From: Octopus sinensis
Lineage: Eukaryota
Assembly (NCBI RefSeq): GCF_006345805.1
Contig: NC_043002.1
Location: 99,386,001 to 99,450,000, forward strand
DNA: 64,000 nucleotides
Direction of reading: 5' to 3'
The position numbers and the translations under genes were made by a program. Below the pieces are notes generated by a model that saw only the letters and a list, made by a program, of their open reading frames with translations, did not search any database and had not been told where the DNA came from. Positions within the stretch are counted from its first letter, which is position 1. Every line of letters starts with the position of its first letter. This document shows, piece after piece, positions 49,345 through 60,209 of the stretch.

Positions 49345-49535
49345 AAGCAAAAGCAGTTTTTGAGGGGAGGGCAAAATTGTTAGCATCGACCCCAGGACTT
49401 GATGGTACCTTTTTTATTGACTCCGAAAGAGAGAAAGGGCAATGTTGACGTCTGTGGTATTTTAACGTAGAACGTAAAGAACGGAGATAAAGTCCTCTAA
49501 ACATTCCCCGGCGTGGTGTCCATTCTGCAACTCGA
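49345..49535 (-). mobile_element. Degenerate SINE family A
   Basis: Remnants catcgaccccagg...gtacc...gaaagggcaatgttgac. Confidence 0.55.
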
Positions 49536-49914
49536 TGTCGTCTTGATCATAACGACATTTTACCAATAGAACAAAAAGGATGTAGGAATGAATACAGAAC
49601 AAGTATTGATAGACAAAATCGTAATGCAAGATTATTAGCGAAGAGGGACAAATTTTGGAATGTCCTAGATTGATTATTTCAAAGCTAATAAGTCCACATT
49701 CGTGAGTGAATAGATATGTTTGGAATTGCAAGAAATGTAACATGTTTTTGAAGAGATGCATGTAAGGTTGGAAAACGGATTTGAGATCGTACGGATAAAG
49801 CTTGGCCATTAAGACAAGTATTTTCCAAGGATTTGATTACATTGCATGATCCCTCTGACATTGGTGATGAGGAAAGTGACCTGACATCTTATTTCTATGG
49901 AAAAACACAAATAA

Positions 49915-50480
49915 TCAACTATTTTGGATGATTTGAAGTTGTATGACAAGGATGAGGTACAAGTCAGTTCCGAAGTTAATACGATCCATGGTTTTAGTGC
50001 TGTAGTTTAGATGGCAGTGTGGTGGTACAATGTGCCTGAAATGAGGCAAGGTACAGTCCTTGAAAGGGATAGAATTCCTAATTATGGACGTCATGAAACA
50101 AATTGAAAAGGAAGCTATAAGTACCGTGGTGTACAAAGGTCCGTTGAAGTCATGGTGAAGAAAATAAAAATACAGCTGAGGAAAGAAAATTTCCAAACAC
50201 AAAGTTTAGTGTTGCGCTCCAAATTGAGTGGATGAAATAAAATTCAACATGGGCGATATCATCACCGATATGGTGCTGGGATCATAAACTAGCCAAAGAA
50301 AGTACTGGTGAACATGGATATGAAGACAAGGATTTGACTGAGTATTCCATCCCCAGAGTGACCACCCATAGGTTGTACATGCCCAGAGAAAGTGAAGGAG
50401 TGGTGTGATAAGCTGCCATGATTGTGTTGAATCAGAGGAAAACAGCTTAGAGTTGTATGTAAGAAATACCGGGGAACCAT
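49915..50480 (-). pseudogene. Possible LINE reverse-transcriptase C-terminal fossil
   Basis: A GC-richer patch with only weak resemblance to post-RT LINE motifs. Confidence 0.25.
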
Positions 50481-50539
50481 AGTTGATACATGTGAAGGAG
50501 TCAGGTATCATCAAATCTGATAACTGTGCTAAAAACAGA

Positions 50540-50917
50540 AATGAAAGTGGAAAAAAATATGAACAAGGGTCATGGAAAGTAGGGAATATGTACGGTCCGT
50601 TTGCAAGAGATACGATAATTTTTTGGCCATCGTGGGAACGTCCGGACAATTCATACACTTGTGTGCCGCTCATACACTCCTCTCCATACACTTTCTGAAT
50701 AGGTATCGCTATGATAACTTTCTCTGTCATGGCCAGTGCGGCGATCACACGCTACACATGTTCCTATCAAGCACTGCTGTAAACACAGGAAGTGAGCTAG
50801 TAAGTTAAAACTTTGTGCGCATGCACAGCGGAGTTCAATTGGGAAGCCGCTTTACTCTGCGTGCTTTAACTTCGTTGCCATGGTAACAGTCCTGATAACT
50901 ACTAATCGGACCTCATA
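50540..50917 (-). mobile_element. Mariner 5' fragment (TIR, 5' UTR, N-terminal HTH)
   Basis: TA|TGAGGTCCGATTAGTAGTTATCAGGAC TIR-like end and the translation IQKVYGEECMSGTQVYE...HDG. Confidence 0.7.
50874..50887. promoter_or_regulatory. RFX X-box-like motif GTTGCCATGGTAAC inside the mariner 5' UTR
   Basis: Matches the GTTNCCATGGNAAC consensus; function untested. Confidence 0.4.
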
Positions 50918-52544
50918 AGTTAAAAGACAAAATAAAGTTTATATAGACTTCCATCAAAGCAGAAAATACCTCCCCTTGTGTGTGACCATTTGCTTCTGTG
51001 TTCTGGTTTCCACTTAACCCACGTAATTTCTCCGTTTCAGAAATGTCATTGACGATATCGGGGTTGAGGAATTTGCAAAACGTCTATCCCTGGTGCTAGT
51101 TTACATAATTCTCTTTCGTACCATTTTTCGTCAGCTTTTATTAAAATTTTGGTTTACGCCGTCTCTACGTAATCAGAGCCCATACACGCAAAACTGCAAT
51201 GGAATTCATCCCAAAATAGTTGAACAATTCTTTATGTCTTTCAACAGTTCTCATTTAATTTTACGAAGAACTATGCAATTCAGTGGGGTATGTAAAAACT
51301 GGAATTTCATATACATAATTTGCTTGCCTTGCTTTTGTATGTGGTGTGTGTTTGTGCGTGCGAGCATGTGTGAATTTAGTATACTAATACGGACACTTTC
51401 ATTGATTTGATCTCTCTCTAAAACGGAGACGGAGGAAAAGAAAGAGATAGAAAGAAAGAACATGCATAATCGCAAAAGAAACGTATGCATGTGTCCATTT
51501 GAAATGTTTCTATTGTTTATCAGATATGGTGGATATTGTGATGCACTGCTGTACTTCACGAAGATTATTGTACAGGAAGCTTTTCAGCGATATTTATATC
51601 ATTATTTCCATTACCGAATCAAACTTATCTGCATAACTTATCTATATTCAAAAAAATACATTCTATATTCAAGGCATTATATGAGGCCCATTATATTCGT
51701 GTATATAGATAATATTGATAAAAGGCAGTCATAAATACAAAATGTTAAGAAAAGTACAATATTCGCAACGGAAATATCTACTGCTTTAGTTTTCAATTAT
51801 TTAAGTAATTGAGAAGGCGCATGACCTAGTGGTTAGGGAAATTGGCTGTTGGTCAGGAGGTTGTTAATCCGATTCCAGGTCCGCAGCAATATTGGGCAAT
51901 TTTTCAATATTCCAGTCTTGTCCTTTCAGCTGAAAAGAAATGAGTATTTATACCGACCAGAACATGACTAGCACATCATCATTAACATGTCAGCAACACA
52001 ATGAACAGCCGTCAGAATGAAATGGTATACATCGATCAGTGATTTCTAGTTCCATCGCCGATGACTTATTCTATATCAATGAACCGACTAATAAAATCGG
52101 TCACTGCCAGATATGAACTTCGAGGAAAACTAAATTTTCCATGGCGTTTATTGCAGCACTCTGAAGCTTCTTCAAACTTCTGAAAGGTATTAATGTACAC
52201 AATTGTAAAGACGAAATGACCACATTCCTATTTGCTTGGCAAATATCTTTGAATTCTATTTGTCTCCAGATTTAAATACAACACGTCCACATCTGTATAT
52301 GTCATTTTCTCAACAACTCTGAAGAATCGAACAAGATTACGAAATTATTACAGTTATTGGTGTCATTTATATTACAGAACGATTATTTACGATCTTAATA
52401 GTAATGTTCGAATACATTTAATTATAATGTTTATCGGGGAACTGCACAAGTTTCAGCATTACTTCCCTACGTACATCAATGCCAAAATATATGAGACAAC
52501 ACTGAATTTCCTCCTTGATATTAAACACAAATAATTAACTGATT

Positions 52545-52830
52545 TAATTTTATAAGGGACGAAATATCTACTGTACGATACAAAATATGATGATAATTTA
52601 TTTTCGAACGCCGAAACACCTTTAGAACAGCAGAAATATTGGATAAATTACGTTTACAAAGCGTAAAAATGTGTCAACAAATAGCCTTTGGTGTTTGTTA
52701 ACAGATGTCTCCGCTTTGTAAGCGTAACTTCCCCAGTATTTCTGCTGTTTTAACGGAGTTTCTGCGTTCAAAAAATAAATTATCCTCTTACTTCTCATCC
52801 TACAATACACATTTCGAAATTTATAAAAGA
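52545..52830. repeat. ~285-bp imperfect palindrome (decayed MITE or fold-back)
   Basis: Nested complementary pairs around a TTT loop near 52686: ATAATTTATTTTCGAACGC / GCGTTCAAAAAATAAATTAT, AACAGCAGAAATATTGG / CCAGTATTTCTGCTGTT, TTACAAAGCG / CGCTTTGTAA. Confidence 0.8.
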
Positions 52831-53676
52831 AACAAATGTTATTTTGTTTATATTTATATACAAGTAATTGTATAATTAGCATTATAGTGTCTAAATTCAC
52901 GGATTAATTTGTTAGTGGTCAGTTTAGCTTAATACAAACGCACTTGACCGGATTATTTGAGAGTTATCGTTCCGTATGCCATGGCTGTTAGGCGACAAAT
53001 TTTTGTCCGCTTTGTAAAGGTATTTTATCCAATATTTCTGGTGTTCTAATCGCTTTTCTGCGATCTAATATAAAATTAGCATCTTATATCTTACAATATA
53101 TATCTATATATATATATATATATATTTCATATTTTGGACTAATGGGTATATGTCGATTAGTGTATTGAGGTGCTGAGTAGAGCATTGGCACATTTTGCGC
53201 TACATGGTGTCATCCGCAGTCGGGGTATATCTCTGTTGGATCTACTTCAGGAGCCCTGGAGTGTTAGTTGAGATAATACTAATAATTTCTTAAGTAATGA
53301 GAAGAAGGATTTAATGTTCGTTTCGACCCATGCTGCTACTGTCTCTTATACATGGGACTCCGCTCAACATGCGTTCCTGCAACAATTTTTAAGTGTCGGT
53401 TTCATCAGTTATATCTATACATAAAGGTGTGTCTTGCTAAAATCCTGTGCTTTGGCTGTCGTGTTGTTATATGCTCGTCTGGTTAGCGATGAAACATTGC
53501 CACTATTTTCAGTTGCTATTATCTTTCTTGAATAAGGGTTGCAAACACTTGTAAATATAGACAAAATAATTATTGATAAAAAAATTGTAGGGGAAGTTAA
53601 TGGCTGGACAGGGATGGATTGAGTTACATTGCGTTTAAGACAGAGGAATGGTGCTAGAAGAAGGTAGAGGCACACA

Positions 53677-53797
<121 letters not shown>

Positions 53798-53887
53798 CAT
53801 TATAATTATTAGGGAAGATTAATTCCAAATCCATAGGGATGAGACGTTCAAATTAGAGATAAAAAAGTGATCTTCTCTTAATATTTT

Positions 53888-54098
53888 TGCTATAGGCAGG
53901 CACTTAGCCTGAGATTTTCAGGGTTGGGATCTTGACGATTATATCAACACTAGTGCTCAACTTGTATTTATTTTATGGATCGCGTAAGGATGCAAGGGAC
54001 ACTGGATCTTGGTGGCATTTGATCTCAGAACATAAAGACAGACGAAATGCCGCTGAGCATTTTGTCCGTCGTAATAACGATTCCCCCAGTTCACCGCC
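53888..54098 (-). mobile_element. SINE family A (diverged)
   Basis: Head ggcggtgaactgggggaatcgttatt; near-duplicate of 55327-55532. Confidence 0.75.
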
Positions 54099-54123
54099 TT
54101 ACACATATTTCTCTCTCTCTCTC

Positions 54124-54175
<52 letters not shown>

Positions 54176-54457
54176 CTAAAAGGTCTAGGGAATGAAATGT
54201 TGTATAGCTAGCTTAGATCAGGATGCGTATATACACATGCGCATACACACTCTCGATCCTACATGCACTCACACAACGGACGTTGGCTAACCCGTTCATG
54301 AGGTCAATCTCAGTCGAAGTTCGTATAATTTATGGTTGAAAGATAACATTATGAGGAGCGTGTCGTCACGGTCGCCTCGAGACTAGGACAGCTCGCAAAC
54401 AGTCTGACTCGCTCCAGATTTATATCACCGTGGGTGTATCAAACACCCGTACGTCTC

Positions 54458-54684
54458 GGCGAGCTGGCAGAAACGTTAGCACGCCGGGCGAAATGCTTAG
54501 CGGTATTTCGTCTGCCGTTACGTTCTGAGTTCAAATTCCGCCGAGGTCGACTTTGCCTTTCATCCTTCCGGGGTCGATAAATTAAGTACCAGTTACGAAC
54601 TGGGGTCGATATAATCGACTTAATCCCTTTGTCTGTCCTTGTTTGTCCCCTTTATGTTTAGCCCCTTGTGGGTAGTAAAGAAAT
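54458..54684 (+). mobile_element. tRNA-derived SINE family A, young full-length copy
   Basis: A-box TGGCAGAAACGTT, B-box GAGTTCAAATTCC, central CCGAGGTCGACTTTGCCTTTCATCC...GTACCAG domain, and an AAAGAAAT tail. Confidence 0.92.
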
Positions 54685-55175
54685 ATATATATAGACATTA
54701 TACACCCCTGCACCCATATATAGACATTACAGCCTGCATATCTATCTCTCCCTCATTTCTTCTTGTACCACTCTTCCGTCTTAAATTAAATGTAACTCAA
54801 TCCATCGCTGTCCATCCATTAACTTCTACGATTGTTTTTTTTATCAACAATTATTTGTCTATATAGACAAGTGTTTGCAACTCTCATTGAAGAAAAATAA
54901 TAGTAACTGAAAATTATAACAATGTTTCATTCTCTAATCAGACGGGCATATAACAACCTGACAACTAAAACTCAGGATCTTTAGCGAGACAGAACTTTAT
55001 GCATGGTTATACCTGATGAGACCATGACTTCAAAATTGATGCAGCACAACATATAGAACGGAGTCCGAACCTTAAACGGCATTGGCAGGATGGGTCGAAA
55101 CGAACGTTGTACAAAATATAATAATGATTAATGCCAAATCTATCTTCTCGTTACTTAAGAAATTATTATTATTAT

Positions 55176-55258
<83 letters not shown>

Positions 55259-55264
55259 TATATA

Positions 55265-55300
<36 letters not shown>

Positions 55301-55326
55301 TTATATATATATTTATACTTGTTTCT

Positions 55327-55532
55327 TGCTATAGGCACTTAGCCTGAGATTTTCAGGGTTGGGATCTTGACGAGTATTTCAACACTAGTGCTCAACTAGT
55401 ATTTATTTTATGGATCGTGTAAGGATGCAAGGAACACTGGATCTTGGTGGCATTTGATCTCAGAACATAAAGACAGACGAAATGCCGCTGAGCATTTTGT
55501 CCGTCATAATAACGATCCCCCATTTCACCGCC
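55327..55532 (-). mobile_element. SINE family A (diverged), duplicate of 53888-54098
   Basis: Shares private substitutions and flanking sequence with the other copy. Confidence 0.75.
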
Positions 55533-55549
55533 TCACACATATTTCTCTC

Positions 55550-55597
<48 letters not shown>

Positions 55598-55720
55598 ATA
55601 TAGGAGAGGAATTATAAAAAGGCAGAATGCTAAATTGAAGGCAAATTTTAATAAAAATGGGTGTATGGAGAATTAAAAAAACAATAACTCAAACCAATTT
55701 TCATCGCAAAGCAAATTTTC

Positions 55721-55828
55721 AAGTTAAGGGAGCGTAAACACACCAGCATTGGTTGTCAAGCGATGTTGGGGGGACAAACACAGACACACAAACGTATATA
55801 CACATACATACATATATATATATATAAT

Positions 55829-55878
<50 letters not shown>

Positions 55879-55899
55879 ATATATAATATATATATAATA

Positions 55900-55937
<38 letters not shown>

Positions 55938-56074
55938 GATGGGTTTCTTTCAGTTTCTTTGGTCGGCCCGAGGCTATAGTCTAAGATATTCACCCAAGGT
56001 GCCACGCAGTGGGACTCAACTCGGAACCATGTGGTTCGCAAGCAAGCTAGTTACCACACAGCCACTCCCACGCC
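55721..56074 (-). mobile_element. CORE-type SINE family B, 3'-truncated, with expanded internal (TA)n
   Basis: Reverse complement of 57052-57320. Confidence 0.85.
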
Positions 56075-57051
56075 TAGACTGACAGCTTTTATAGAATCAA
56101 AGGAGATATTTAAAATTTCTATTCGTTACTTACATTACTTCGCTAGTTCGATTGATGATATATTTGATAATTATTTTATATAAGACACATTTCAATATCG
56201 AAGAAAAAATCTTTTAATAGTAAATTGCAAAATTGACAAAATAGAGTGAGAAATAGGTTGAAAATATATTTTATTTAGATAGTATAAAACTGCGTTTTTC
56301 TATAAAATCTTTTATGGTTGTTTCACACGAAATTATATTATGTATCTCTTCCATAAAATTTGTGTATCGTGAAAAGTATTAAATAAATTACTCTGAAAAG
56401 ATAAAAGGAGTAAATCATTCGGTTTAAAAGCACCGCTATTCAATATGATTATAGTTATTGACCTTTTACAAGTTAATGTTTAATTAATGATGAACACATG
56501 GTAAAATATATCAAATGATACGCTAAACAGTAAAACAATTGAGAGTTGAAATTAGATTATATGATACTATAGGAAAATAAATGTGTACATATGGTGAGAT
56601 AGTAACGTAATGCCCCAATTGTTTATGTTAACAGTCAATCGGGTTCTGTTTTTTTCTTTTTAGGTTTTTGTCGGCTCCATATCGATCGACCTATGTACAT
56701 GTTAATTCTATACGCTAACTGCCTCTCCTGACATATTTACGACATTTACAGTCATTTTATGCTATGAAATATAGATGAATATGTTGGCTGATAAAAAGAT
56801 ATTTTGTGAGATAAAAGTACTGAAATGTTACTAGATTGCTCATTAGCTGGATTCATTTTTCATTACATGTGATAACGAATGCATAGAGAAGTGCACATAC
56901 TGTGTATTTGCTTAATAAAATCTAACCAATTTGCTTGAAATAATTAAAAAAAGCTAAAAAAAGTTTTCACCAGGTTAATAGATATAATAGTTAACTCTGT
57001 ATCCGTTGGGCATTGCTAAAACAATATACATAGTATATGTATATGTATATA

Positions 57052-57457
57052 GGCGCAGGAGTGGCTGTGTGGTAAGTAGCTTGTTTACCAACCACATGGT
57101 TCTGGGTTCAGTCCCACTGCGTGGCACCTTGGGCAAGTGTCTTCTACTATAGCCTCGGGCTGACCAAAGCCTTGTGAGTGGATTTGGTAGACGGAAACTG
57201 AAAGAAGCCCGTCGTATATATGTATATATATATATTCGTGTGTGTATTTATGTGTCTGTATTTGTCCCCCTAGCATTGCTTGACAACCGATGCTGGTGTG
57301 TTTATGTCCCCGTCACTTAGCGGTTCGGCAAAAAGAGACCGATAGAATAAGTACTGGGCTTCCAAAGAATAAGTCCCGGGGTCGAGTTGCTCGATCAAAG
57401 GCGGTGCTCCAGCATGACCGCAGTCAAATGACTGAAACAAGTAAAAGAGTAAAAGAG
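57052..57457 (+). mobile_element. tRNA-derived CORE-type SINE family B, full length
   Basis: A-box TGGCTGTGTGG, B-box GGTTCAGTCCC, CORE-like ACCTTGGGCAAGTGTCTT, internal (TA)n, and a GTAAAAGAG-repeat tail. Confidence 0.92.
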
Positions 57458-59295
57458 TAGTTTTCATTTCAAATGTGCACTTTTAAAGTAAATAAGTCAA
57501 TGATACTGGTGAAAGTAATCTTATTGTAATATCACTACATGCTGGAATGAGTTCCACGAAATAGTTTCCGGGAGAATATAAGTTTATATCACATCTGAGA
57601 ATCGCAGTATATGTTCTTTCGTCTTTGAAACTAGCTTTCAGTTTATATGTATTTATGAAGACTGTCTTTGCCTTATATGTATGTACATGTAATGCAAAGA
57701 TATTAATAAATATGGCATGAGTTTGTTTGAGTAGAGTGTCTATTTTTGTAGCAGGAGGAGTACGTTGATTGATTGAAATATGTATTGGAATGGATTTAAT
57801 CCCACCATTCCCTTTATAATACTATATCCAGAACTCTTGTTTGAATAAGCATCGATAAACTCTTGTTTGAATAAGCATCGATAAAACTGTTTTTTTGTTT
57901 AAGGTTTTTGATTAAATTCAGAACTACAGAGTTCATCACAAAATCATTTACATACGTGCATACACACACGCACACACATATACATGATCTGTCGGTATTT
58001 TGGACGTCGGTATTTCTCGTCCCCGCATCTAATTCGATCATCATATTACATTTGCAGCTTGTACTTTCACTCATAAATTTTTGCTCTTCTTTTGTTGACA
58101 TTCACTTTTAAAGATGTTGCAAACGGGAAAATTGATTTCTGTTTTTCACTATAGTAATATTAACATAACTATATACATGAATCTAGATGTGGCTGAGGTT
58201 GAATTCACCGATCGTCAATTCCAGATCATGTAACTGAACATCCAGAATACCTTTTTTGTAAAAAATATAATGGTGTTTGCAGTTAGTCATTGTATCACAG
58301 CGTAACCAGATATAATCGATGCACTGATATAATTCATATTACGAGTATAGATTAATCAGAAAAATCATGGGAAGGAAAACGAAATAAAGACACCATCGAC
58401 AACAATCTTAGATCCTGAATTAAAACTACTTTCATTCTTATATTCAAATGTTTCTGACGGTTTTTAAAACATCTGTGATCAAGTGTATACCTTTTTGTGA
58501 AACTACGCTATGAGAATTCCGTATTGTATATCGAAATGAAGCTTTCAAATACGATTCTACTTGTCATGAAAACAAGATTTTTGATAATTCATAAATGCTT
58601 TTTATTGTCAGAAAAAATACATCTGTGCTTGCTCAATTGCATTTTCGTATGGCTCTAAAATACATATCTGAAAGAAAAAGTATTTTGATCTGTCATGACT
58701 TCATGACTTTTCTGAGTTTTCATACGATTCTAGGTTTATTGGCAGTTTAGCAATGTACCTCAAATGTCTTGCTTATTGCGTTTAAACATACATAAACTGA
58801 GCGTAGCACTGATTTAAGCAGTCTTCAAAGCCATGTATTTATTGATAAATGCCGACGAAAAGTACTCAAAATCTTTCGCCAATGAAATTCGCGTGGGCGT
58901 GTGAGTTTGTATGTATGTGTGTGCGTGTGTACATATGTGTGTATATGTATGCGTGTTTATGTGTTTTAATCGTACGTAAAGGCATCCCTATTTAATGCTG
59001 TAAAAATTACGATAAAATCATTTCATCGAATATCTGTAACTTATTCTTCGATATATTACATTCTTGAAAGATAATAATAATGAAAAGAAGAATTATAGAA
59101 AAACAATATCAGAAAATAGTGATAATATTCCAGGAACATGCTCTATAGGCAGAAATTTTTTTATTGATTTTACCGTAAAATCATATTAAGATGTGTTTGA
59201 GAAGAAATAAATATATTTTTCCTTTCCGCAGAATGTGTTAGCAACTAGTTTCAATCAAGAAAGTCTGAGAAAATAAAATTCTTGATCTTTTAAGT

Positions 59296-59658
59296 TGTGA
59301 TCTTTTAGGTTGTGATCTTAATTCCTGTTTATATTTATCTAGGTGAAACGTAGAAAATCGTATCATGGCATGTAAATATTCTGTAAGTTGCTGAAAAGAT
59401 TTGCACATAATTTTGTTGTGATCTTTTAGGTTGTGATCTTAATTCCTATTTATATTTATCTAGGTGAAACGTAGAAAATCGTATCATGGCATGTAAATAT
59501 TCTGTAAGTTGCTGAAAAGATTTGCACATAATTTTGTTGTGATCTTTTAGGTTGTGATCTTAATTCCTGTTTATATTTATCTAGGTGACACGTAGAAAAT
59601 CGTTTCATGGCATGTAAATATTCTGTAAGTTGCTGAAAAGATTTGCACATAATTTTGT
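59296..59658. repeat. Tandem repeat, 3 x 121 bp
   Basis: Units start at 59296, 59417 and 59538 and differ at only a few positions. Confidence 0.95.
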
Positions 59659-59849
59659 TGTTGACATACCAGAATTATGCTGGTGAAATCCTGAATTACA
59701 CGGGTGAAATCCTGTGGGCAAGATCATCAAAAGTCGTTATATAACTGCATGCTTCAAGACCGCAAAAAACTAATACTTGTATATAGGTTGGTAGCCTTCC
59801 ATCTCATATTAGGACAGATGTTACCTACAATCGGAAAATATTGGACTAC

Positions 59850-60209
59850 AACCATGATGAAGCACCAGCTTGAAGGGTCTAGTCAAACAAGTTGAAACCA
59901 GTAATTGCATTTTAAAATTCTAGTACTTATTATTATGTCTCTTTTATCAAGTCACTAGGCTACAGAGATGTAAAGAAACTAGTAGAGTTCGTCAAACGGA
60001 GGAGGGGCATACACACCCACTTGTCATATAAATATAAATTTATATAAAAAGCTTCCACATAGTTTCTTTCTATCAAATTCACTCAGACGTCATTTGTGGT
60101 TCCAAGGCTATTGTAGAAGACACTTGCCTATCGTAATGCGCAGTGGCACTAAACTTGAAACCACGCGTAGCAAAGGCAGCTTCTTAAATAAGCGAACTTG
60201 CCACTACCT
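59850..60209 (-). mobile_element. Degenerate SINE family B
   Basis: Remnants aggctattgtagaagacacttgcc and gaagcaccagcttgaaggg. Confidence 0.6.

Noticed and set aside
54458-54545. tRNA gene
   Set aside because: A/B boxes are present but no cloverleaf can be drawn, and the sequence continues into a multi-copy SINE body. The same holds for 57052-57130.
57832-57883. 26-bp tandem duplication AACTCTTGTTTGAATAAGCATCGATA x2
   Set aside because: An ordinary local slippage duplication with no further structure.
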